Assembly (NCBI GenBank): GCA_947623815.1 | Contig: CANQHO010000001.1 | Span: 1-61,730 of the forward strand | Reading direction: 5' to 3' | Length of the DNA stretch: 61,730 nucleotides | From: an uncultured Bacilli bacterium | Lineage (GTDB): Bacteria; Bacillota_I; Bacilli_A; RF39; UBA660 | Shown here: one piece after another, positions 17,150 through 26,587 of the stretch | How the letters are laid out: every line of letters begins with the position of its first letter | How positions within the stretch are numbered: position 1 is the stretch's first letter | Program-made: the position numbers and the translations under genes | Notes under the pieces: generated by a model | What the model was told of the DNA's origin: nothing | Seen by the model: the letters and a program-made list of their open reading frames with translations, nothing else | The model's database searches: none

Positions 17150-18079
17150 TTACAAATCTACAATATCTTTCCAATTATCCGGGAAGCCAACTTTGTTTAA
17201 TATTTTAGATAATGGTACTGTCTTAACTTTTCCCGCTAATACATCCATCTCATAACCTACAGCAAATATCATTTCTCTAAATTCATCATCTGTAAGCAAA
17301 CTTTTTAAAATAATTATTAAAGCAAACAAGTCATTTTTACCATAGTCGTAATGACCATCAGTCATTGGAATATTTAATCTCTGATGATATTTGTTACTAG
17401 GTATTTCTTTTTGTGTTCTATGGTCATAAAGTATATCATCATGAGCACACAAATTACGAAAATTTGCTAGAACTGATAAATATGTTCCTAATGTTTCAAC
17501 GTCTAGTCCATATTCACTAGCGATCATTTCAGCATCTTCTAATTTTAATATGGCATATAATTCTGATAAAATTCCAAGCGACAATACCTTTACTAAAATC
17601 CACATAGGAATGTATCCATAATTACTTAAGTAATGCATAGTAGCGCTGTGTTGTTGTCCATTTACTCTTATTTGTCTTTTCATTTTATTCAAAACATCAT
17701 GAACTTGTCTAACTTTTAAAGAATCTTGAGTAAAGTTATTAGGATTCAAGTAATCTTTTTCTTTGTAACCATATTTTTTAGATAATTGATAACTAATAAT
17801 AGATTTCATATTGTTTTCTACTATTAAAATATATCCAAACATAATATTTCTAATTTTTCTATCAAAAGTAAATACGGCATATAATTCTTCAAAAGTTGTT
17901 CCGTTAATAAAACTGTTATCTTTATAGTTTTTCATAAATAAATGTCTATATCCACTTATAAAGAAATAGTTTTCACGAAGTAATATATTGCTTACCTTGT
18001 CATAATCATTTATAACTAGTCCTTTGGATTCTAATATTTCAATTTGTTCTTCTATGCTTCTAAATATTTTTTTTAACAT
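17150..18079 (-). CDS. Abi_2 (AbiD/AbiF-like) HEPN-domain abortive-infection family protein
   Basis: N-terminal EEQIEILESKGLVIND..L....YF..SGY pattern and the HEPN Rx4H motif FRNLCAHDD. Start moved to the second ATG (18079) because GGAGGA sits inside the first 4 codons and a TGGTATAAT extended -10 lies just upstream. Confidence 0.75.
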   Translation of the reverse strand: MLKKIFRSIEEQIEILESKGLVINDYDKVSNILLRENYFFISGYRHLFMKNYKDNSFINGTTFEELYAVFTFDRKIRNIMFGYILIVENNMKSIISYQLSKKYGYKEKDYLNPNNFTQDSLKVRQVHDVLNKMKRQIRVNGQQHSATMHYLSNYGYIPMWILVKVLSLGILSELYAILKLEDAEMIASEYGLDVETLGTYLSVLANFRNLCAHDDILYDHRTQKEIPSNKYHQRLNIPMTDGHYDYGKNDLFALIIILKSLLTDDEFREMIFAVGYEMDVLAGKVKTVPLSKILNKVGFPDNWKDIVDL

Positions 18080-18159
18080 ACTGTCCTCCATACAGTATAA
18101 TTATACCATAGCTACTTTTAAAAAAATATGTTTTTTTTGTGATAATTTTACTAAATATT

Positions 18160-18819
18160 TTAGTTAAAATACCCTACAGTTGTATCGGTAATTATCCTAG
18201 CCAATTTTTCTTGATACCAATTTTGTTTCAATAAATATCTTTCATTACCGTTACTTAAAAAGCCTAATTCTATTAAAATTCCTGGTCTTGTTACATTTTT
18301 ATTTAGATACACATCTTGCAATTTTTTATATTTTCTAGTTGTTTTTAATTTTTTTTGAAATTGTTTTTGATAAAATTTGGCTATTTTTTCATTTTGGGGA
18401 TTAACATCATCATAAAACGTTTGAATACCTTGCCATAATCCGGTTTCTTCAGCATTTAAATGAATTGATAAATATAAATCACATTTTGAGTCGTTAATCA
18501 TTTTTACTCTGTTGGTTAAATCACTTCTTTTTCTAGTTGTATATCCATCTATTGATAAGTCAATATCATCTACTCTAGTCATATAAACAATTGCTCCTTG
18601 TTTGGTCAGTTGTTGTTCTAATTTTTTAGTAATAATTAAATTTATATCTTTTTCATAGACTCCTGAATAAAAGGCACCCGGATCTTTGCCACCATGTCCG
18701 GCATCTAAATAAATGACTTTCCCAAATAGTGGTAAACCTCTGTTTTCCGCTTGTACAAAGTGAATTTGAAAAATAAGTAAAACAAAAAAAATAGCTATAC
18801 AAAATTTATATCGAAACAT
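18160..18819 (-). CDS. cwlD: N-acetylmuramoyl-L-alanine amidase, CwlD-like (Amidase_3)
   Basis: N-terminal TM/signal segment, LDAGHGGKDPGA, SIHLNA and ILIELGFLSN. Confidence 0.85.
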   Translation of the reverse strand: MFRYKFCIAIFFVLLIFQIHFVQAENRGLPLFGKVIYLDAGHGGKDPGAFYSGVYEKDINLIITKKLEQQLTKQGAIVYMTRVDDIDLSIDGYTTRKRSDLTNRVKMINDSKCDLYLSIHLNAEETGLWQGIQTFYDDVNPQNEKIAKFYQKQFQKKLKTTRKYKKLQDVYLNKNVTRPGILIELGFLSNGNERYLLKQNWYQEKLARIITDTTVGYFN

Positions 18820-18916
18820 CCCATCACCTAATTAAGTTTATGTTTTAAAAAAGGAAAAAACACCAACTTAATACGTCGGCATCTTTCACTTTTATTTTAA
18901 AATCAAAAAATATTTT

Positions 18917-19711
18917 TTAAATTTTATGATAATTCTCTTTTAGATTTTCATTATTACTTACATAATCAGCTAATTCAATTGCAATGTCAAAATGTCTAGT
19001 ATCATGTTGTGTTCCAGTATATTCTCCATCTTTATGCCTTTGATCCCATTCAGGAGCATCTAATAAATCACCACTAGTCAAGAAATAAAATAATTCTAAT
19101 CCTCGAAAATCACATACCGATTGCATTGCAGAACATTCCATTTCTACTGATATGCAACCTTCTTCTTTTCTTTTTGCAATATTGTTTTCCGTTTCCCGAT
19201 AGAATGAATCAGTTGTCCAATTTTTACCCAAAACATAAGGTAATTTTTTGTAATCCATAAATTTAGCAACTTTATTTGCATTGGTATTGGTAATATAATC
19301 AGATGCTTTTTTATAATGATAACTTGTTCCCTCATCTCTATACGATTCAGTAGGTATCATTATTTTTTCATGAGATATATCTTTATCTAAACAACCAGAT
19401 CCACCAAATACAACAAACTTATCAGTATCAATAACCTCTGTAACATCTTCAAGTATCCCAACTTATGCTGGGGCACCCATAAATGTTTTATAAAAGGCAA
19501 ATACCTTATCATTATAATTTATTTTATAAATTGGAAAAGTTCCTGTTACTATTTTAAAAGTTGAACACTGTACTACATCATAATTTTTTAATACATAATC
19601 TTCAATTATATTGGAAAATGTAACTATACAAGCATCACATTTCAATCTATTTTCTTTTGGTTTTGGATTTACTTTTGATGGTGATTTATCATCAAAACTA
19701 TTTATTATCAT
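18917..19711 (-). pseudogene. PNP_UDP_1-family nucleoside phosphorylase interrupted by one in-frame TAA
   Basis: The two ORFs (19463-19711 and 18917-19360) and the stretch between them are in one frame: ...TFMGAPA*VGILEDVTEVIDTDKFVVFGGSGCLDKDISHEKIMIPTESYRDEGTSYHY...EMECSA. The TAA is at 19463-19465. Confidence 0.75.
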
Positions 19712-19722
19712 TCTACACCTTC

Positions 19723-22700
19723 CTATTTTTTTAATTGTAATAAAACTTTATAATCTAATAATTCAAATTCTTTTTCATAATCTGGATTATCTAATTTTTC
19801 AAACGATAAAGTTGATAAAGTTTCATTAGCTATTTGTTTTTGATAATTATTAAGCATTTTTTTAACTTTTTCATCTTTTGATATAACCGATAGTTTTATT
19901 CTATCAACAATATCATAGTTTGCTTCTTTTCTCGCAACTTGACATTGTCTTAATAATTTTCTATACATAAATTCTTCATACAATTTATCATCTATAGTTA
20001 TATCAAGGGCTACAAGTTTATCATTTTCTTCGGCAACTTTTATTCCATCATTATACTTATATTCAACTTTTAAAGTATTAGGGACAAGTTGCATATCACT
20101 TAATACCATAATTTCATTATTACTATATTTAGTATAAAGTTCTTTCATTTCATCATCATTAAGATTTAGTAATAATTCTTTAACATGATTAACTTTTTCT
20201 TTGTATGTCATACCTGCAACTTTGAAATCCAATGTAAGATATGGAGTACATAAAGAATCTTTATTATCTAAATATTCTATATCTTTAACATTTAATTCAT
20301 CTTTCAAAATTTGGTCATACTCATCTAAAGATATATGCTTAAATCCACATAAGTATAATTTTCTCAATGGTTGAGCCAATTTTAAATTGTTTTCGTTTTT
20401 TATTCTCAATGCCATAGTTACTATATTTCTAACTTTATTAGTTTCATCTAATATTTTTTGATCATAAGAACTGGCTTTTGGAAAATTTGATAAATGAACT
20501 GACTCAACATTATTTGGTTCAACTTTTGTTATTAAATTCATCCACACATAATCGGTCATATAAGGTATTATTGGAGCCATAACTTGAAGCATTGATTTTA
20601 GTGCATTATATAAAGATTGATAAGCAGAATATTTTTCGTCATTCATATCACTTTTCCAAAATTTTTTTCTATTTATTTTTATGTACCAATTAGATACTTC
20701 ATCAACATATTCATCAAATAATTTACAAACATTATTCGGCTCGTACTTTTCATAAAACTCTGCAGCTTCTTTAACAAATTTATTTGTTCTATTATCTAAC
20801 CATCTATCACTAACACTATAAACATCATATTTTTTAGTTAAATCAGGTTTATCTATATCATAATATAAAGCAAAGAATGATGCTATATTATAGAAATTCA
20901 TCAATTTTCTTTTGGCTTCTTCCATCATTTTAAATCCAAATCTGATATCATTAACTCGATTTGTTCCAAGATAATTATATCTTATTGCATCTGCACCATG
21001 TATATTGACAACATCATCAAATGTTAAATCATTCTTATTTGATTTACTAAATTTAGAACCGTCTTCCTTAACTACCATTCCATAAGTACCTAATTGTTCA
21101 TAAGGTATTTTATCTTCTAATATCGTCGACATAAATAGCATTGAATAAAACCATAGTCTTATTTGTTCAGTTGCTTCTACTACTAACTCTGCTGGAAAAT
21201 ATTCTTTCCAATATTCTTTATCTTCAAAATATTTTAAAGTTGAATAAGGAACTATTCCAGCATCAAGCCATACATCTCCAACTTGTTCTACTCTCGATAC
21301 TTCTTTATTACATTTAGGACATTTTATTTTAACTTCATCTATAAATGGTCTATGTAATTCTTGTAAATTATCTACCACTTCTGGATTAACGGCTAATTCT
21401 TTTAATTCTTCTTTAGAACCAACAACAGTCAAATGTCCACATTCACATTTGTAAAAAGGCAATGGCAAGCCATAAAATCTTCTTCTTGATATATTCCAAG
21501 AACCCATATTAGTTAACCAATCTAGCATTCTTTTTTCTTGATATTCTGGAGTATATTTTACTTTTTTAGCATTTTCAATTAGTTTTTCTCTAACTGGTTC
21601 AACATCTATTGCCCACTCTTTAACAAGTCTAAACATTATATCTTGTTTACATCTCCAACAATATGGATATGCATGTTTATAATCATGAACGAAGAATAGT
21701 TTACCTCTTTTATCTAACTCTTCAAAAACTATATTTTCAACTTCTTTAGCATTCATTCCTGATAAGAACCCAAATCCATCATATATATAACCAGACTCAT
21801 CTATTGGTATTATTTTATCAAGACCTAATGATTCCCCTAATTCAAAATCTTCAGCACCACAACCCGGGGCTATATGAACTATACCTGAACCTTCAGAATT
21901 ATCCACCATATCCCATAAAACAATTCTATGTTTAATATCTTTTTGAGCATCTAATTCTTCAAAACAGGTTTCATACTCTAATCCTTCTAAATCTTTACCT
22001 TTTAGCGTTTCTAATACTTTGGCTTTTTCTTTAAATTTCTTATCAAATACATCTTTACATAATAATAGTTTTTCTCCATCAAAATCAGCAACTACATATT
22101 CAAATTCCGGATTAACTGCTAATGCAACATTAGCACATAAAGTCCATGGTGTTGTTGTCCAAACTACTGCTTTAAAATCTTTATCAACTATTGGTAGTTT
22201 AAAGAATACGGCTTTACAAGTTACATCATGATAACTTCCTGTCATTTCATGTTCTGACAAAGATGTACCACATCTAACACACCACGGCATTGGTTTATAA
22301 GTTTCTTTTATCATTCCTCTTTCATGACATTTTTTTAAGAAATACCATATACTAGTGATATTATTATCTGTTAAAGTATAATATGAATTATCCCAATCCA
22401 TCCATTGACCTAATCTTTTAGATTGCTCAGTAATAATACTTGAAAATTTTTTAACCCGAGCAACACAAGCATTAGTGAAGTTCTCTAATCCAAAATTCTC
22501 AACATCTTTTTTGTTTTTAAATCCTAAATCTTTTTCAACTTCAACTTCTACCCATAGTCCTTGTCCATCAAAACCATTTCGATAATGTGATGTATAACCA
22601 TTCATTGCTTTATATCTCAAAAAACAATCTTTAAGACTTCTACCAAAAGCATGATGAACTCCCATTTTATTATTTGCTGTGATAGGTCCATCGATGAAAC

Positions 22701-22818
22701 GATATTTCTTCCCATTTTTATTCTTTTCTTGAAGTTTTTTAAAACATTGATGTTCATTCCAATATTTTAAAACTTCTTCTTCATTTTTGACAAAATCATA
22801 ACTTTTTAAATTTGCCAT
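19723..22818 (-). CDS. ileS: isoleucine--tRNA ligase
   Basis: Class I signature region GPITANNKMGVHHAFGR and KFSKS, a CP1 editing-size insertion and Zn-type CxxC pairs. The upstream T-box has an AUC specifier. The fourth-codon ATG (22818) is preferred because AAAGGAG abuts the first ATG. Confidence 0.9.
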   Translation of the reverse strand: MANLKSYDFVKNEEEVLKYWNEHQCFKKLQEKNKNGKKYRFIDGPITANNKMGVHHAFGRSLKDCFLRYKAMNGYTSHYRNGFDGQGLWVEVEVEKDLGFKNKKDVENFGLENFTNACVARVKKFSSIITEQSKRLGQWMDWDNSYYTLTDNNITSIWYFLKKCHERGMIKETYKPMPWCVRCGTSLSEHEMTGSYHDVTCKAVFFKLPIVDKDFKAVVWTTTPWTLCANVALAVNPEFEYVVADFDGEKLLLCKDVFDKKFKEKAKVLETLKGKDLEGLEYETCFEELDAQKDIKHRIVLWDMVDNSEGSGIVHIAPGCGAEDFELGESLGLDKIIPIDESGYIYDGFGFLSGMNAKEVENIVFEELDKRGKLFFVHDYKHAYPYCWRCKQDIMFRLVKEWAIDVEPVREKLIENAKKVKYTPEYQEKRMLDWLTNMGSWNISRRRFYGLPLPFYKCECGHLTVVGSKEELKELAVNPEVVDNLQELHRPFIDEVKIKCPKCNKEVSRVEQVGDVWLDAGIVPYSTLKYFEDKEYWKEYFPAELVVEATEQIRLWFYSMLFMSTILEDKIPYEQLGTYGMVVKEDGSKFSKSNKNDLTFDDVVNIHGADAIRYNYLGTNRVNDIRFGFKMMEEAKRKLMNFYNIASFFALYYDIDKPDLTKKYDVYSVSDRWLDNRTNKFVKEAAEFYEKYEPNNVCKLFDEYVDEVSNWYIKINRKKFWKSDMNDEKYSAYQSLYNALKSMLQVMAPIIPYMTDYVWMNLITKVEPNNVESVHLSNFPKASSYDQKILDETNKVRNIVTMALRIKNENNLKLAQPLRKLYLCGFKHISLDEYDQILKDELNVKDIEYLDNKDSLCTPYLTLDFKVAGMTYKEKVNHVKELLLNLNDDEMKELYTKYSNNEIMVLSDMQLVPNTLKVEYKYNDGIKVAEENDKLVALDITIDDKLYEEFMYRKLLRQCQVARKEANYDIVDRIKLSVISKDEKVKKMLNNYQKQIANETLSTLSFEKLDNPDYEKEFELLDYKVLLQLKK

Positions 22819-22861
22819 TTTATTCATCTCCTTTTCTTATCAAGCAATTATCTATAATAAA

Positions 22862-23106
22862 ATAAAAAGACCTTCTCTATTATAAATAGAAAAAGCCCTG
22901 ACTTTTTTATACCACTATTTACAACAATCCAACAATTGCGTCTTCTATAACGGGAAGAGCCCGTTGATTCTTACTAAAAGTTCAGAATCACAACAATAGA
23001 GTGATATTCATGTTATACTACTAATACAGGTTTTCCACTATCTCCTGCTCACTATAAATCTTCGTATAATAACATTACTGTCTCTATTATAGTCTTTTGC
23101 CTGTTG
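22862..23106 (-). promoter_or_regulatory. T-box riboswitch leader, Ile (AUC) specifier
   Basis: On the minus strand: stem I with a GA motif (AGAGA), an AG bulge (AGTGA) and a distal loop (AGTGGAAAAC). The specifier loop reads GAAT-ATC-A closed by ATAGAG/CTCTAT. The T-box sequence is AAATAGTGGTAT. The terminator is CTTTTTCTATT-tata-AATAGAGAAGG plus a T-run (22862-22895). Confidence 0.85.
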
Positions 23107-23112
23107 CTTAAG

Positions 23113-23141
23113 ATAATATCATAACTACATTTAAATGTCAA
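23113..23141 (-). promoter_or_regulatory. sigmaA-type promoter for the ileS leader (TTGACA-17-TATTAT)
   Basis: The rc of 23136-23141 is TTGACA and the rc of 23113-23118 is TATTAT, with a 17-nt spacer. Confidence 0.7.
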
Positions 23142-23258
23142 ATAAGCTATTTTCTACTTTTTAAAACCAAAAGATTCGTGAAAAAGTATCTTATTATATT
23201 TAAGATTATCATTTGCAACAACTAATTGGATTATTCTTACATATAAATATGTACAATT

Positions 23259-23323
23259 AAAAGCGGCAAAAAGCAGCAAAAAAGCGGCAAAAAGTGGCAA
23301 AAAGCAGCAAAAAAGCGGCAAAA
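23259..23323. repeat. seven helically phased A-tracts (A4-6 + GCGGC/GCAGC/GTGGC), ~10.2-bp period
   Basis: The sequence is aaaagcggcaaaaagcagcaaaaaagcggcaaaaagtggcaaaaagcagcaaaaaagcggcaaaag. A-run starts fall at 23259, 23268, 23278, 23289, 23299, 23309 and 23320. Confidence 0.85.
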
Positions 23324-23412
23324 GATAAATTTATTTAACTTTCCAACACAATCCTCCTGATTTTGCATCATTATAAATTTTTTTAAATTATTTTACTTTT
23401 AAATCAATTTTA

Positions 23413-25500
23413 TCATTTTAATTTTTTTATCATAACACTAACATCTTCTTTTTCTTTATTGTATAGTTCATTTTCACTATTTTCTATTTTCCAAATAAAA
23501 TCATTATATAAACATATAGTTTTACTGATGCCTCTTTCATATTTGCTTTGTTTACTAACCATTAAATTGTCAAAATTAGTTGTTATAAAATCATGAATTT
23601 CATTCAGTATAATTCTATTATTTAATTCACCTATTGCTTCTATTTCTATCATTCTATCATCCGCCGATAAATCATTTAAAATATGGTTGAAATAAAAACT
23701 ATTATCAAATGACAAACAAACTTGAACACCATTTTTGTCTAAAATTATGTCCGTTCGTTCCGTACATGATTTTAAAATTGGAAAATTTAAAATTTGATCT
23801 AAATTAATACCATTAGTTATCTTTCCCATAGTAGTTTTTAAAGCCGTAACATTATCATCTATCATATATTCCTCTATTTCTCTTCTAGAAGAATATATTT
23901 CTCCTCTTTCTAATGGCAATTTTAAAGTAGCTTTTATTTTTTCCTTATCATCCTGCCAAACTTTTCTAATTCTCAATGAACCATCATTTTTATACAATTT
24001 TAATTTTTTAGTATCATAATATTCATCAACATTTTGTTTTTTACTTATATTCTTCACTTCGAAACCATTTTGTTCAAACAATAAAATAATTTTATCCAAC
24101 AAGCATTTTTCATTATAGTTTCCCATAATAATATATTTAAGTTCAAATTCTTCAGGTTTTTTATTTAAATCATCAATCATTTTATTAACTTCTTTTTCAT
24201 ATTGTTTAAATTGTTCTAAGCTTAATCCCAATTCAATTCTTAAAAGTTCCGGATTAAAAAATACATATTTATCTTCTAAAACATCCTGTGGTCTAATTAA
24301 ATTTGTACACTCAGATAAGTCCATAATTCGATTGCCATTTTTAATATTTAATCGTTGTTCTTTTTTATACAATTTTACTTTTGTTTCTATTTCAACAATA
24401 GATAAAGTGTTTTCTACGTCAAAACCATTAAATATTTCCTTTAAACGATTTTTTATTTTATTAATTGATACCTCATTATTTATTAAAACATAATCTTTTA
24501 TATTATCAAAATCACACAAATAAGCCATAACTAAATCTACATCATTTTGAGATAAAACTTGAAATGATTTTTTAAAATCACTATCTTTCATTTTCAAAAA
24601 TAAATCCAAGTTTTCAATATTAGGATTGGTTGCTAAAGATTTAAAACTATCATCAACTTCAACATTTTTTAAAACATCTGAATTTTTATACCTATCAATT
24701 ATCTTTTCAAATATCCAATCCCCTAAAACAGAAATAGGACTTAGATAAACATCTCTATACATTTGGTATCTTTGTAATAAAACATTTTCAATACTTGAAA
24801 GTCCCTTTTTATCAATTAGTAATTCATATTCTTGATTATTATTAACAATAACATTCATACTGGTTTTGATTCTATTTATATCAATTGCTGATGAAAAGCC
24901 AATATAATGAGCATCACGAATTAAATAATCTATTCTATCAGCATCTATCTGATGAGATACTAAACTTTTAAGTAATTTATAAAAACTATCTTTTCTAGTA
25001 TTTTTTTCATCATTGATTGATAATATAAAATCAGCTATTTTTTCTAATTTTTCTGGTCCAAAAATTTCAGTTATTACTTGATTTATTTCAGTATTACCAA
25101 ATAAAATATCTATTGTTCTTTGTTCGTGAGAATATTTAGTTACCAATTCCAAAGAATGGGAAAAAGGTCCATGTCCAATGTCGTGCAGTAGCAACGAACA
25201 TAAGGCTATTTCTTTATCGTCATTACTAATTTCTATATCATATTCCTTTAAAATTTTTTCTAGTCTTCTTAAAAACATCGACATGACGTTAAAGGCTCCA
25301 ACACTATGATTTAACCGATTATTATGTTCTAAACCTTTAAACTCCAATTGAGAAAATCCATTTTGCGATATATTAGCTAACCTTTGCATTTCTTTAGTTA
25401 AAACTATTTTAGAAAAAGGATAAGGAATATTTATATCGCCATATATTTCATCTCTTACTGTTAACGAATTATCTTTATTTTTTTTATATATAAAACTCAT
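23413..25500 (-). CDS. HD-domain (SAMHD1/dNTP triphosphohydrolase-like) protein fused to a C-terminal CYTH domain
   Basis: HD part: NHSVGAF, LLHDIGHGPFSH and DADRIDYLIRDAHYIG. CYTH part (about nt 23527-24153): EFELKY (ExExK), EYYDT, LRIRKV, ATLKLP, RREIEE, MIEIEAIGE and SKYERG. Confidence 0.85.
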   Translation of the reverse strand: MSFIYKKNKDNSLTVRDEIYGDINIPYPFSKIVLTKEMQRLANISQNGFSQLEFKGLEHNNRLNHSVGAFNVMSMFLRRLEKILKEYDIEISNDDKEIALCSLLLHDIGHGPFSHSLELVTKYSHEQRTIDILFGNTEINQVITEIFGPEKLEKIADFILSINDEKNTRKDSFYKLLKSLVSHQIDADRIDYLIRDAHYIGFSSAIDINRIKTSMNVIVNNNQEYELLIDKKGLSSIENVLLQRYQMYRDVYLSPISVLGDWIFEKIIDRYKNSDVLKNVEVDDSFKSLATNPNIENLDLFLKMKDSDFKKSFQVLSQNDVDLVMAYLCDFDNIKDYVLINNEVSINKIKNRLKEIFNGFDVENTLSIVEIETKVKLYKKEQRLNIKNGNRIMDLSECTNLIRPQDVLEDKYVFFNPELLRIELGLSLEQFKQYEKEVNKMIDDLNKKPEEFELKYIIMGNYNEKCLLDKIILLFEQNGFEVKNISKKQNVDEYYDTKKLKLYKNDGSLRIRKVWQDDKEKIKATLKLPLERGEIYSSRREIEEYMIDDNVTALKTTMGKITNGINLDQILNFPILKSCTERTDIILDKNGVQVCLSFDNSFYFNHILNDLSADDRMIEIEAIGELNNRIILNEIHDFITTNFDNLMVSKQSKYERGISKTICLYNDFIWKIENSENELYNKEKEDVSVMIKKLK

Positions 25501-25556
25501 AAAACCCTCCTATTTTTATTATACATGAATAAATTTTTAATTAAAAGTTTTGACGT

Positions 25557-25582
25557 AGAAAAAGTATAAGTTTCCTTATACT
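25557..25582 (-). terminator. rho-independent terminator after srtB
   Basis: On the minus strand: AGTATAAG-gaaa-CTTATACT followed by TTTT, starting a few nt after the stop codon. Confidence 0.5.
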
Positions 25583-25589
25583 TATACTT

Positions 25590-26540
25590 TTATCTTTTAC
25601 TTTTTTTAACCAATAAAGCATGAACTACTAATCTTTTTTCATCATCATAACATGTTGATAATGTCAATATTGATTGAAAATTACTTTTTGGCATAGCAAA
25701 TTTTATTTTACTTCTATTATAAATCTTATTTAAAAATGTTTTGTAACTTTTGGTTGTAAAACTAGTAGTTAAATAGTATAATTCTGGTTTAATGGTATAA
25801 GTACTAAAGATTTCAAACTGATATTGATAACTTGGAGTAACCAAAGTAATATACTTATTGTTTGAATTACTATAATGACTTTGATGGAATAATTGACTTA
25901 AACTTCCAAACATCAATCTATTCCATAAACTATGACCATATATAATAGTATTTTGACCTAATTCATCAGTTGTATTTCGATAATCCATAAAAACCCAACC
26001 AGCTGAATTAGCTTTTTTATTGTATGAATGGTTTAAATAATAGTCATTATTGCTACTTTGTACTATCGGATAGTTTATTGATGTTCCATTTACTTTTAAC
26101 CAAGCAACAGTATCTTTGTTTTTTTTCTTAAGATTGGTAAATGATAATTTTTTCAATTCAGTATCTAAAAATTTATGATAAATATCATCATTACCTGCTA
26201 AAGTATTGTCAGGTGATGCAGTTGCACCAGCAATATTTAAACTGGCCATACTTGTATCATCAATTATACTGTTGATTTGGGCTTTTACTTCTTGTCTATC
26301 CATAAACCACGCTACTATTTTATAACTGTTGACAAAAAATAATGTTAATGCAAAGAATAGAGAAAAACAATAAGCAAATATTTTTTTATTTTTTTTGTTT
26401 TTCTTATGAGAGACTACGTTTGGCATTGGCTGTTCGTTTTCTAAAGGCAATGCATCGATAAATTCATCATCTTCAAAAAAATCATCAAAAAATTGGTCAT
26501 CAGTTACTGATTTCGGGTCCCAATTTTCCATGTTGTTCAT
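25590..26540 (-). CDS. srtB: class B sortase
   Basis: N-terminal TM anchor, IIYGHS, and the catalytic TLSTC motif (ILTLSTCYDD). The size and the NPxT-type substrates next door fit class B. Confidence 0.88.
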   Translation of the reverse strand: MNNMENWDPKSVTDDQFFDDFFEDDEFIDALPLENEQPMPNVVSHKKNKKNKKIFAYCFSLFFALTLFFVNSYKIVAWFMDRQEVKAQINSIIDDTSMASLNIAGATASPDNTLAGNDDIYHKFLDTELKKLSFTNLKKKNKDTVAWLKVNGTSINYPIVQSSNNDYYLNHSYNKKANSAGWVFMDYRNTTDELGQNTIIYGHSLWNRLMFGSLSQLFHQSHYSNSNNKYITLVTPSYQYQFEIFSTYTIKPELYYLTTSFTTKSYKTFLNKIYNRSKIKFAMPKSNFQSILTLSTCYDDEKRLVVHALLVKKSKR

Positions 26541-26563
26541 AGTATCCCTCCTTTTCTTTGAAA

Positions 26564-26587
26564 AACAACTTCAATTAAGAAGTTGTT
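26564..26587 (-). terminator. hairpin AACAACTTC/GAAGTTGTT after the 226-aa surface-protein gene (weak T-run; possible attenuator before srtB)
   Basis: 9-bp perfect stem overlapping the stop codon. The same stem sequence recurs at 27470-27491. Confidence 0.4.

Noticed and set aside
23259-23323. The short periodic repeat could be taken for a CRISPR-like or minisatellite array.
   Set aside because: The period is ~10 bp with no unique spacers, and no cas genes are present. It is better explained as phased A-tracts.
23237-23371. A 44-codon minus-strand ORF (MMQNQEDCVGKLNKFIFCRFFAAFCHFLPLFCCFLPLLIVHIYM) running through the A-tract repeat. A strong AGGAGG further inside is followed only by a 4-codon GTG-TTG-GAA-AGT-TAA mini-ORF.
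   Set aside because: No RBS precedes the ATG. The hydrophobic, Cys-rich sequence is simply what T-runs plus GCNGC encode. The AGGAGG-linked frame stops after 4 codons. A small membrane peptide or leader peptide cannot be excluded, but nothing supports it.
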